Below are positions 24,601-38,300 of a stretch of 64,000 nt of DNA, piece by piece. Position 1 is the first letter of the stretch. Every line of letters starts with the position of its first letter. This DNA is from Octopus sinensis (lineage: Eukaryota), in assembly GCF_006345805.1 (NCBI RefSeq), contig NC_043012.1, forward strand, positions 33,976,001-34,040,000, read 5' to 3'. The notes beneath the pieces were generated by a model that did not search any database, was not told the DNA's origin, and worked only from the letters and a program-made list of their open reading frames with translations. Position numbers and translations under genes: made by a program.

Positions 24601-27600
24601 GACACCTTCCTGTAATAAAAAGAAGAAAAAAATAAAGAACAAAAATATTGGGGGTTTTACTAGACATTTCCTTGGTTCACACATAGAAATTCAATTTGCT
24701 TTAAAAATCAAATGTTCTTTTATTTTTACAAGGAGGCTCCAGCCATGACCATCCCACTAAATGATATTTTACTTTTACAAAACAACCTAATCTACAAAAC
24801 ATCAGTTATTGAAGTCAACTTTTATTTTAGCATTGGATCCAGTTTCTCGTCGTTTATCCCCCTAGTATACTCTCAAGGGGGTTCCAGCCAATGACTACTT
24901 TGCTTTTTTGTTTCCCCAGCACTTCATCCAAAATGTCCTTCCTTGATTTTTTTTTAACATCATTGCCAGCTTCACCTTACTGGCACTTGTGTCCCGTGCT
25001 AGTAGGGTGCTAAGAGCACCATCCGAGCGTGATCGTTGCCAAAGCGGCTAACTGGCTTCTGTGCCGGTGGAATGTAGGAGGCACCATTCGAGCGGGATCG
25101 TTACCAGCATCACCTTACTGGCACCTGTGCCGTTGGCATGTGTAAAAAGATTCGAGTGAGGTCGTTGCCAGTGCCGCCTGACTGGCCCCCGTGCCGGTGG
25201 CACGTAAAAGCACCCACTACACTCTCGGAGTGGTTGGCGTTAGGAAGGGCATCCAGCTGTAGAAACTCTGCCAGATCAGATTGGAGCCTGATACAGCCAT
25301 CTGGTTCACCAGTCCCCAATCAAACCGTCCAACCCATGCTAGCATGGAAAGCGGACATTAAATGATGATGATGATGTAGATATTACAACATTTGAAGTTA
25401 TGATCTTAAAGCTAGAAATACCTCATCTTAAATCTCATAATATAAACAAAGTTAACAAGTGCAAAACATCTTCCTTAGAACAAAAGTTGAGCAAGAATTT
25501 AGACAAAATGTTTGGAGTCTGGCACAGCCTTCCAGTGTGCCAGCCCAGTTCAAACCATCCAACCCATACCAGCGTAGGCAACAGACATTAAATGATGACA
25601 ATGATGATGGTGTTCTGTAACCTGGCATTTCTTAATACAACTATTCCAACAGATGCTGGACTTACGTGATCGGGTTCAAGTTGACAATGCCGACATAAAG
25701 CTACAATCAATCTCTGAATATAGGGACGGAATATTTCATTCATCTGGGAATCATTTTTGTGGTAGAGTTCTTCCGAAAGACGATACCAAAAATTGAAAGT
25801 GATTTCTGCAACCTGCAAGAAATAAAACATGAAACTTTCTTGAAAATGTTTCACAAACCATGAATCACCACTGAACATTCAGACCCCAAAATAAAAGAAT
25901 TTTCTAGAATCATTATTATTATTATTATTTCTAACAAAAACTTTCCCAATAAGCTTTATACTTACTTCATATAAGTGATGGCCTACACACGTTAAAAGCA
26001 GATCTAAGGATGTAAAGTCACCAAGACCCTGCAAAAGTAGAAATAAATAAATAAACAACAATAATCATCATAATTGTTTCTTAAATAGGTACAAGGCCTA
26101 AATTTAGGGAAGGAGAACAGATGACTCCATCAACCATAGTTCTTGGACAGATGTTTTATTTTATTTTATTGACTCCAGAGAGATGAAGCGTGAGATTTGA
26201 ACTCAGAACAGAGAGCCAGAACAAATATTGCAAGGCATTTTGCCCAACACTCTACTAATTCTGCCAGCCCTCCACTGCCATTAATACCATTAGGTTGGGG
26301 CCAAACCAATTGTGGTTCATGTAATTAATCATTTTAAAGCAAAGATTTCACTCATTTTATGCTAATGGTTTACAAGCAAATTCAAACAAATTTTATCATA
26401 TAAGATCAAACTAGAACACAATATCCACCTAGCATTTAGCCAGGAGGCTGTCAACAACCATAGAGTCCAACAGTTCAACTCTTGTTTCAAAAATTTTACA
26501 GAAGAGACAAGAGCTTTGAGGAAGAGGAATATCACAGACTATCAATTGATGACAACCCACTAAGGACCATTATTAAAATGAGCTTATGAAAAACAACTTG
26601 AGAGGAAACAGCAATTTATCTAACTTACCTGGTTTGGACTAGAAATTATAGCAGGTAAAAAAGATTCAGCCATTTCTGCAAAAATTCTACAATAATTGAT
26701 TGTTCTGGAAAAATGAAAGCAGAGTTCTGTGAAATTCTTTGATTTACTTAAGAAAACATTTGTAAAAATGAAAATATTGGGAATATGCTTGCTTAAAACC
26801 AGAATAACAATGAAAGGGGACAATTATATAGTTTTTTACGGAGATGTACTTGCATAGCGAGTGACTTGATCTGAGATCGTGTGCTGGAACGAAAACAATT
26901 GCAGCGTGGAAGGTGTTTATGAGCCATTTAAGAAACACACAAAACCGTTAGATTCACTTCAACATTTAAATTTAATTTGTCAAAATATTTTCGTCGCTTT
27001 GAGACCACAACCTGTTCACTGACAAGATTCCGTGCTGCATCAGAGTTTTGTCAGTGAACAGGTCGCGGTCTCAAAGCGACGAAAATATTTTGACAAATTA
27101 AATTTAAATGTTGAAGTGAATCTAACAGTTTTTGTGTGTTTCTTAAATGGCTTATAAACACCTTCCACGCTGCAATTATATAGTTAAAAAGACAGAAAGA
27201 GAAAAGGTACAGATAGATAACATTTATTCATATAAGTATCTGTACTAAAAATACACATATTACACATATAGAGTGTAATATCTGAATCAAATGCATGTCA
27301 AGTGGAGATCAGACGAAACCATAATCAAAAATTTCATAAAACGAGACACAAAATGCGTAACACCAAACTGTAAGCTGATACTAGGAATATATTACAAACA
27401 ACAGTAAGATAAAAAATCTCCTTATTAAGAGCACACTGCAGACATGTAAACCTGAGAACAAGCTTACAAATAACCAATGTAATTTATAATTTAATTGTAA
27501 TAGTGAAAGTTACAAATTTACAATCATGACTGTTACGTTAAGCAGATAAATACAAAAAATCTCTTCTGGGCTAATCATGCAGCTAAAACAAGGAGAACTT

Positions 27601-29004
27601 GCAACACATTACCCCATACAGCATCAATAGAAACATACACACAAAATTCCCCAACAAATTTCACTCATGGGAACTAGCATTGTTAATCCAAGGTGTGGAA
27701 GAGAAAAACTTACTGAAAGGGCCATAAAGTGGGACTGACTACAAAACTACATGTACCATACATGAACATGTTTATGTGACCTCGGTTTAGCAGTAGTTTA
27801 ATGCAGTTCTATTTTACATGCAGTCAAGTCCCATGTCACACCTTTGAATGGTAAACACAACATACCACTATTTTAATATGTGGCATCAGTAAAGACTGCT
27901 GTCACAGACATTCAGACGATGCTCCTCCTGACAAGGTATTATTTTGACTTCACAACAAGTTTCATCCTCAACATGCAACCCTGATCCCCTTTCTCTCTTG
28001 CTTACTTCTAACTTCAACCCTTCCTAGACCACCCTTACATTTAGTGGGTCATGTGACCACTTCATCATGATGACACCTCCCACCACCACCAGACATCCTC
28101 ATGCTACATAATGGCCCTTTCACTCCCCAGACCTCATAGTACTTCAAGTTAGACAATACTAATTATCTCTGGTGGCAAATAGCATCATCACTGACCCCTC
28201 AGGGGCAGCCCCTCATAAGTATGTTCCTCCATATACCACTTTGCATCACTTCACTTCATGCTCTTGCTTGATGGAGCTGGGGTCATCCCAGCTAAGCGGT
28301 CCCAGAGATGTCATCATGGGTATAGCTGACCAAGTCCATCAGTGCTCTCCATCGCTAGCGATCCCATGCCAGCCCCTCTGCATCCTTTTCAGGCGCATGC
28401 ACGGGTCCATTCTGATGTCGGTCAGTCTAGTTTCTTCTAGTCAGTAACATAACAAGTTGAGGTTTCTTCTGGGAAAGTTACTGGTCCTCTGCAGAGCAGT
28501 CGGACGATGGGGCTGCCATCTTGGCATCAAGCCGATGTACTGTGGCTCATATGTCACAGGCAACCAAAATCCACAACTCTCCAAGAGATTCAGTTGTAGC
28601 TGTGCTGTAACAATCCAAGCAAAGGACAAAGCCTACAACACTGGCAGAAAAATCACTCCCCACCCCAACAAACAGGGCAGCTTTTACCCACCACCCCAAT
28701 TCCTGCAAGACCACCGTCCATGAACCACAGCCCTCAAATTTCTTATTTCCTAAGATACAGCTGATCCAAGACGAAAACAGAAGCTTAGTTATATGTAACT
28801 AATGGTATTAACAACAACAAAAATATAACCAAAATTCTAACATACTTGTCAGCGTCCTCCTGTGCCACCGATATGTGGTAGGCTTCTTGCAAAGTTAAAA
28901 CACCTTGGAACAGAGCTTTTGCTAAATCCAGATTTTTTCCCAATTCCTGGAAAATTAATGAATGTTGTTAAAGAAAAGGAAAAGTTAAGAAATATCTAAG
29001 TGTG

Positions 29005-29054
<50 letters not shown>

Positions 29055-29312
29055 ATATATATAAGAAATTAAAAAAGATAAGCACACACACATTACATAG
29101 TTTTAATATAATTTTTAATATATCGACCGGTTTCGCTTTCCCTATTCATGATATTATGGTTTACTTATTTGAATATGCATTTTCTTAAGAAGAAATGTTT
29201 GTCCATGTTGTGTGTGATATTTACAAGTACAAAAATAGGGGGAGGTAATTGGTTATTATTGTTGTGGGCAAGGGAGATGACTGTTCAGCTTTTGGTAAGG
29301 GGAGGGGAATAT

Positions 29313-29366
<54 letters not shown>

Positions 29367-32300
29367 AAAAAAAAAAAAGTTTCACCCCTCACTAAACAAG
29401 TTTTTCGAAATTTCACAACTTCCAACACTCCATTTGAGTGTTGAATAGAAGTTTTTTTATCACCAAATATGTTAGACAGTAGTTCTATCGTTACTTTAAA
29501 ACAAATTTCACTGGGTTTTTGAGGCAACATGAAATTACAATAACATTCATACTCTAACAGAGCTAATTTTCACAATTAAAAACTCACTTTTTGTTCATCT
29601 GACCATGATTTGCAATCTTGCTTAAAAATCTCCTTGTACCTTCTGTAGTACGATGCAAAAATTATACTCTCCTCTGGGTTAATAACTAAATTCATTAAGC
29701 GAGCTCGAAACACTGTCTGGTGAAGATGAATTTACCTTATTTTTGGACTTCTTTGAATATGGCCCCAGTAATTGTTGTAGCTGTTGCCGTAATAGTTGCT
29801 TCTGCAACTCTTCTTGGTGCTTTTGCAACTGTGCAATGGAAGCTAATAAGGTCTTCCATTATTTAACAAGTTGTATAACAAACAACTTGTTAAATAACCT
29901 ACGTGAGCTTTGAAACCCTCGTCACCAGATCTAATGTAATTGGTTACGTACAATAAATAGGATAACCAGACAACAGTAAAAAACAATGTAACGAGCTAAC
30001 AAATCTCTTTATGAACCAACAATCAATATTCTTTGTGAACTAACCGACCAACCAACACCCTCCCACTTAACTGCGAACTGACACGAACTTCACTCGACTC
30101 CGAACTCACTTGGATCGTTATTATTTATACTTTACTCGGACCAGTCTATCTCTTGCAAGGGGGCATCCTAACTCTCATCATCATCATCGTTTAGCATCCG
30201 CTTTCCATGCTAGCATGGGTTGGGCATATGACTGAGGGCTGGCAAACCAGATGGCTGCACCAGCCTCCAATCTTGATCTGGCAGAGTTTCTACACCTGGA
30301 TGCCCTTCCTAACGCCAACCACTCAAAGAGTGTAGTGTGTGCTTTTACGTGCCACCAGTACGGGGCCAGTCAGGCGGTACTGGCAACGACCTTGCTCGAA
30401 TCTTTTACACATGCTACCGGCACAGGTGCCAGTAAGGCGATGCTGGTAACGATCATAATCTCATCTCACAAAAACCATTAAACATAACCTAAAGGTTCAC
30501 TCAATACATATAGAATATCACAAAGATGACAAACGAAATCTATTGTTTCACTTTTGTTTCCAAAACCACTGAAAATAAATTTCTTTTCCAAATTCATTTT
30601 ATGTACGCAACAGTGTTAACCCATTTATTAGTTTTACAATAGGATGCCCTTCCTATTGTTAGCCATTGAACTGTGAAGTAGAAAAGTGTTGTCAAGCAAG
30701 GAAGTGTTGTTTGGTTTGGTTGCCATGAAGTGTGCACCCATGTTTAACCCTTTAGCAGATATGTAAATAAATCTTACCTCTACGCTACACAATGCTGAAC
30801 AGATACAATCAGCCGCAGCTTCGTGGAGATTGGAAGGACAATCCTTGACCGACTGCAAAACAATATAAATTCACACATTAAAACAACCAGTATACAGAAA
30901 CGTAAATAATGTTAGGCATTACAAGGCTTGGCTTATTATCATTACTTTTTATTACTAGCTGAGCCCATGCCATCGAAAAGGACAGCTAATTGTAGGATTT
31001 TACATAGAAAAAAGGGAACAAAAAGGTGAAAAAGATCAAAAATTAAATGGCGGTGCCCCAGCATGGCCACAGCTCGTGAGCTGAAACTAGATAAATAAAT
31101 AAAATAAATAAAAAAACAGCACCTCAACCCTTGTGTATTTCTCCGTCACAACATATGAATGAGAAAGGAAGGGGTGATCCACCGATGGAAGTAGGATTGT
31201 GAAAAGTCAATGGTGAAACAAAAATCAAACAGCATTTCAACTCTGTGTGAGTATGTGTGTGTGTGCGTGTAAAAGGGAGGAATGTGAATGTTTGTGTAAA
31301 ATATATAGTTGAGTGAGTGTATATGTTTATTTAGAAAGATACATAGAAAATAGAATTACAAACACACGTGCATTTACACATACGCACATATATAAACAGA
31401 CACTTCAAAAAACACATATACACTCACTCAACTATATATTAAACTAATTAAACTAATGAATTAAACTATTAAACTATATATTAAACTAATGAGATCACTA
31501 ATGATCTCAATATTCCTGCACACCTGAGAGACATGGACACTGGCAGCAGACATCGAAAGAAGGATCCAGGCTTCAGAGATGAAATGTTTCAGGAGACTTT
31601 TGAGAATATCATAGAGAGATCAAGTCACAAATGAGGAAGTGAAAAGAAGAATAAGGCAGGCAACAGGGGCCTTTGAGGAACTTCTTACCACAGTAAATAA
31701 TGCAAACTCAGGTGGTTTGGGCATGTCAACCACTCATCAGGGATGGCAAAAACCTCCAGGAAAGCTATTCATACCAAATATATTTAACTAGCACTATGAC
31801 CCAGCAACGCCGAGTCATAGTGCTAGTGCATGCATATACAGCTGCATGCGAGTACTGTCCAAATCTCCAACCAATCACATACAGCTAGCTGGCATTCAAC
31901 TGGCGTATCAAGTTTCGGGCATTTTGATTGTGTTTTGGATAGAAAATTCACAAAAAAGTCACTTCTACAGATTTTTTAATGGCTTTGCAGGGTGACTGGG
32001 GAAATGTAAGGATGTGCACGACCACCCTTGGATGGTTTTGAATGAACATAGAAAGTGAAGGCCCTCTAACTGAAAAATTATGGATTTGTATAAAGGACAT
32101 ACACACACAGACAGACAGACATGTTGCCGTTTATATATAGAGAGATGCTCTTGATGGAAGAGCTATACATCTAAGATACTTACCAATACATGAAATGCTG
32201 TGTGCAAAACTGCTGAGTTGACAATTTCCTCCTGTGAAACTGCATTTATATTGAACCAACTCCCAAGACAACGGAAAATCTTCATTTGAAGTCGGGTCTC

Positions 32301-35300
32301 ATACTGGTTATTTTTTATACATGCTGTCTGGAAAGAAGAAGAAGATAAAAGACAAAGAGAAAAAAATTTGCCATCAACAAATACAGAACAAGAATATATA
32401 TGAATATGATGAATACAGCATCATCATTTTACACCAACTTCAAAATTTGACATGATGTAATCAAGTCACTGCAGAAAAAGGATTTAGCCCCTAAGGACAA
32501 TCATGCTGACATGCTTGCTACATTAGGGGATGACGCTCCAGCTTTATCAACAGTGCAAAAGTGAGCAGCTGAATTTAGAAGGGAAAGGGAGAGATTTGAA
32601 GATGACCTAGGACCTGGATGTCCGGCAACTGACACCAAAATGGAAAACACTGACTGTATTCACTACAAGCGATTTATAGCCTATTAACATATCCCATGAG
32701 AGAGTTGAGAATATCCTGCACAATGAATGTGACATGACAAAGGCTTCTGCTTCGTGGGTAGCATGTCTTCTGACATCTGATCAAAAGTGCACAGGGCTGA
32801 TCACATCACAGGATAATCTGGCATTATTTGAGACAGATCCAGCTGGTTTCCTTGAACATTTCCTCACCCAGGGAGAGTGTTGGCTTCATCACTGAGCCAG
32901 AGACAAATAGAAAATCCATGCAGTGGAAATACCCACTCTTCACTTGCCCCAAAGAGGGCCAAAGTAGTTTTATCTGCAGGGAAGGTGATGACCATAGTTT
33001 TTTTGGGATACAAAAGCTATTGTATTTATTGGTTATCTTCACCATCAATGGAGAGTGATAAGGCAAACTTGTTGGAGCAGTTACAAAAGGCCATCAGGAT
33101 CAAACACCAGGCAAAACTGATGAAAAGCATCTTGTTTCATGAGGACAATGCTCTCCAGCACACAAAAACCTCATTTCAATGGCTACTGTGCAAGGCTGTG
33201 TCTTTGAACTGGTTGATCACCCCCACCATTCTCCTGAGTTAGTCCTATTTAACTATCATTTGTTCCTCAACATGAAAAAAACACTTGGCTGTGAATCAGT
33301 ACTGCAGTGATGGTGACGTTATATCTTGAGAATAGGGCGGCCAGCTGGCAGAACCGTTAGCACGCCGGGCGAAATGCATAGCAGTATTTCGTCTGCCGAT
33401 ACGTTCTGAGTTCAAATTTCACCGAGGTCGACTTTGCCTTTCATCCTTTCGGGGTCGATAAATAAAGTACCAGTTACGCACTGGGCTCGACAAGCCAACA
33501 TTTTCCACATTTATACATCTGAGACCCCCTTCGGTCACACACAGACCATGGGATTGCACCCAGAAAGTTACCCTCCCAGGCACAAGTCCAGGCAAGGTTG
33601 TTAATGGAAGACCAGCAGTCGCCCGTGCATACCGCTCTCCCCTCTCCACGCCACTAGTGTTATCCAAGGGAAAGGCAAAGGGGCCGATACAGCTTGGCAA
33701 CTCATTTCTACAGCTGAGTGAACTGGAGCAACGTGAAATAAAGTGTTTTGCTTAAGAACACAACACACAGTCCGGTATTCGAGCTCACAACCTCACAATC
33801 ATAAGCTTGACGCTCTAACCACTGAGCCATGCGCCTTCACGTTATATTTACACATCATATAACGTATTAATTAATTGATGCACAGCATGAACTAACAAGG
33901 CAGCAACTACACAAGATAACCTTTAAGTGTGTGCTACTGAAAGGTGATCCTGAAGCTGGCTGAATAGAGTCACCCTCAGACCAAACAGCAGACCTCAATA
34001 TTTCAACAGATGAGGACACCATTTAGACATTCAAGGATCAAATGTTTACTTTACTTGCTACAGAGAGTGAAATCTCTCTCTCTCAAATTACATCTTACTG
34101 TCTAAACAATTGCATACAGTACATGATGTAATCCAAGGTAGACTATGTCTGACAAAAATAGATTAGTGGCTATGGCTGTAATACATTTAATCATAGGCTA
34201 GCTCTACTGGACGATATTAATTTATGACAAAAACAAGAGAATAAAACTGTAATTATGAATGATTAGATACTTACTAGAAGTTGTACAACAACGGGTGAGG
34301 TTTTGAGCAGATCGTAAGAGACTTCCATCCGTCTGTTGGCACCAAGACGTAGAGCTTTACTACCGATCTACAGAAGGAAAGAATCAAAGGAAATGGAAAT
34401 GTCAGTATAATAGAATAGTAATAATAATTTAATTACACCAAATATTAACACTAGTTAAACATCACTACGACATGGTAAAGAAATATAATAATTTACAGGA
34501 GTGGCTGTATGGTTAAGAAGTTTGTTTCCCGACCCCACGTTTTTGGGTTTGATTCCACTCCACAGCATTTTGGGCAAAACAGGTTATGTCTATCACCCAA
34601 AAAACATAGGAACAAAGTCTCAAAGCCTAATGAATGAGATTAGAAAGAGGGAAGCCAAGAGTGTCTATAAACATATATCACCGTGACTGACCAGGCTATC
34701 AGATGTTGCTACACATCGCTGCTCACAATGCACTTTGCATTGTTTTAGCCTTCAAATGACGCCACCCCGCTGGCTAAGCAAGCAGGCCAACAGAAGAGTG
34801 AGAGAAAATTGCGGCGAATGAGTACAGCAGGGATCGCCACCAGCCCCTGCCAGAGGTTCGTGGAGTTTTAGGTGTTTTCGCTCAATAAACACTCACAACG
34901 CCCGGTCTGGAAATCGAAAACGCGAGTCCGCTGCCCTAACCACTGGGCCATTGCGCCTCCACATAAACATATACATAGAGTACTAAATACATTTAGCAGC
35001 GTTTATGATTTTACTGTGTTTGTAACCCTGTACTTTAAGGTTCAGCCCCACAGTACAGAACTATGTACAAGGGTCTTCTCTATTGCTTTAGGCCCATATA
35101 CTACTACTACTACTACCACTGCTTCATCATCATCATCATCATCAAAAAGAAGCAGCAGCAGCTTGAACATGTTTATTTAATTAGCAGGAATGTTATCTTG
35201 AGGTTCGGTGGCAACAAGTCCCAAATCTCAAAGACCTCACTAAGGATTCTTGCAGAGTACGGAATGGTACTTTTCTGCAGGTCAGCAATACAAGTCTTTC

Positions 35301-38300
35301 AATCTCTTCTGTAAAAGTTATGGTGTTGCACCAAATGCACCAATTACCACAGGAATAATTGTTGCCTTAGTCTTCCACAATCTTCACTATCCAGCTAGGT
35401 TCTAATATTTCTCAGTTTTTTTCAATTTCTTTGGTAACAATTTCTGTCAACAGAGGGAATTCCAAAGACTGTGACCTTACACTGTTTGTTTATTTCGTCT
35501 TCTATAATCACATATGATTGTCTTAAATTAATAGTATGGTCAGTCTTTACGGGGAAGCCCCTTAAGATTCTGTAATTTTCATTCTCTGTCACAACTTCAG
35601 ATTAGTATTCATATCATTTTCCTGTTATTTGGAAGCTACACACTCAGCTAACATCCCCATGCACTCTTATACCTACACAGTCATGCCTGTGCTTATACTC
35701 TTTTTATGCTAGCTTACTACATTCACTCAAGAGATGTTTGATACTTTCATCTCCTTTCCTACAGACTCTACTTTTGCTGTCTGACTGAGTTTTGTTGATC
35801 TTTGCCTACATCTGATTTGTCCTAATGGTAATTTCCTGAGCAGCTATAATTAGTGCTTCAGTCTCAGTCTCTCATTTCAGATTTTCATCCATCAGCCAAT
35901 GTTCTTTTCATTGATGTGTTGTTCTTTCTTCTCTTCTTGTATTCTCCCAACAATTGCAGTAGTTTTTTTTTGGTGGGGGGTGGGGGGGCATCTCCAGCAA
36001 CCAATAGTACCCTTTCTTTACTCTGTACAACATAATTTTTCAACCCAAATATCTATCATAGTACTAAGTGTCTTCTGTATTTAGTAATCCTCTGCCTCCT
36101 TCCTGTGGTGGGAGGTGGGGAGACTTGTCAGTATCACTTTATGGTGGTATGTTTTGTGCATTGCAAACAGATTTCTAGTTTGTCCATCCAAGTTCTGCAG
36201 CTTGACCTTTGTCCACTTCAGAAAGGGAATTCTTATTATTCATCATCATCATCGTTTAACATCTGCTTTCCATGCTAGCATGGGTTGGACGAATGACTGA
36301 GGACTGGCGAACCAGATGGCTGCACTAGGCTTCAATCTTGATCTGGCAGAGTTTCTACAGTTGGATGCCCTTCCTAACGCCAACCACTCCATTATTATTA
36401 TTATAATTATTAACACTAACCTACCAACATCAATGCTAAGTTTAAACAAATGTCATACAGTATTCAGTGATAAAGTAAAATAAAGAATAAAGAAAACCTT
36501 ACCTCTTCAGGTAATACTGTCAGCACTTCCAGTAGAAATGGAAGCTGTTGTGCATTCTGTCCATATCTGAACAACAAAAATATCAATCACTCAATTTAGA
36601 AAATTAGTTTTGTTTGTTTTTTTATAGCTTAATGAAAAACAACATTTAAAACTGTTTATTACAGGGCCTCTGACACTGGTAGCAAAAAGATCCTCAGATG
36701 AGAGACCTAGTCTAAAAGTTAAGACAAAGTAAAAGTACCTAAGGGCCAGTTGGTGCTGCTAAACTGGTCAACAGACCCAGGTACACTCCATTCAATAACC
36801 ATCTACAGATAGCTTGTTCATAATTTCACTTACAAGATTTCAGTAGGATCACATATGGTTCCTTCATTGTCTTTGAGAGGTCTTTCACCACACAGTTACG
36901 CCTGCACTCCTGATATAGATATAACTAACACAATTTTTTCTCTGAAGGCCCTTTAATGCTGAAGAAGTTTTAAACATTACATATTGCTCCGATTTGAACT
37001 TAATATTATTAATGGTTTCAAGTTTTGGCACATTTTGAGGGGAGGGTGTAAGTCAATTACATCGACCCCAGTGCTCAGCTGGTACTTATTCTATCGACCC
37101 CGAATGGATGAAAGGTAAAGTCAACCTCAGTAGAATTTGAACTCAGAACATAAAAATGGACAAAATGCTGCTAAGCATGCTAATGATTCTGCCAGCTTGC
37201 TGCCTTACTTACTTTATTATTATTATTATTATTATCATTATGTGGCCATTCATCAAACATCATTATCTCAAAGACACACACTGTGTCTTTAGATGAACCA
37301 AATTTGACATTACATAAAAAAAAAAAGTACATCGTATTGGCTTTGATTTGAACTTCTGACAAATAAAATAGAAATAACTAAAAGACAGAAGAAAGTCTTG
37401 GAGTAAAGAAAAAAACCCAAAACATTCAGAAAAAAAAATCAATGGGTTACCAATGAAACAACCAAGAAGTCACCAGTTTATTACCTGTCACTGGCACTGC
37501 CTTGTGCCTCTGCTTAGGGTTATGACACTCTCCAGTCAATAGACACCTGCTATAATTTACTGTCATTAAATTAAGTCAGAATTTTAAGAATGATGACTGA
37601 TTTGTTGGCCTGTAATATTTGCAGGGGAAAGACATGGATAAATGTATGGTCTTGTGAACAACAGAGAAACCACAACAAATACATTATTTATTCATTAAAA
37701 CTATCCCTGGCTCTAGTGGATGTATCATAATTACCAATTAAGACCGGTTCCACTTGAGAAGGGAGATAATCTAGGGATTCAAGAATTCCTCAAAGTTGAC
37801 ATAAAGAAAAAGACAGGCTTCTTGTCTAGAGATATGAGGACAGTTGTGGACGCGTGTTTCTGGTTCTATAGTTATCATCTGCATGACAATTGTCTGATAT
37901 TACTTTCAGTAGCCAAGAGACTCAGGCTTATACAAAAAATAGTAGAACATACTTTATGGTCTAGATTATTTGCATAAATTAAACAACAGTCAGCTAAGGG
38001 AAGTAACTCAGTGGCCAGTAACGTATTTGAACAGAGACAAATACAATATTTTGCAAAAAAATAAAGATATGTCCGTCTGATGAAACCTCATTGGATTTAA
38101 AACAATATTTTTAATTTTTGGAAAAAATCTGTTGTTTAATGATGTGAAAACAGCTGTAACTAGAGTTGTCATTTGTTTCTTTAGAAATAGTAAAATTGAA
38201 TTGAATTTATCATTTAATGATTAAATTATTTAATTATTAAATAATTGCAATGTTTATAAGCCATTTAAAAACATACAAAAACCGTTATATTCACTTCAAC

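Larger units (their letters stand above)
26834..27177. mobile_element. Foldback element with about 129-bp inverted arms carrying hammerhead-ribozyme motifs (Penelope-like, non-autonomous)
   Basis: Arms at 26897-27025 and 27048-27177 with a few mismatches; direct repeat caattatatagtt at 26821-26833 and 27173-27185. Confidence 0.8.

Noticed and set aside
29120-29160. GCGAAACCGGTC on the minus strand, resembling a hammerhead stem III and cleavage site
   Set aside because: There is no CTGANGA core or stem II upstream; at most a decayed remnant.
33790-34962. tRNA-like sequences
   Set aside because: They are SINE heads lacking a complete cloverleaf and acceptor stem, so they are not called as tRNA genes.
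37485-37546. 62-nt minus-strand pseudo-exon ([20 protein letters not shown])
   Set aside because: Weak acceptor, frame-disrupting length and no homology. The flanking TNPO3 exons already join in phase.
38070-38112. ctgatgaaacctcattggatttaaaac, hammerhead-like
   Set aside because: Stem II and GAAA are broken and there is no stem I partner.
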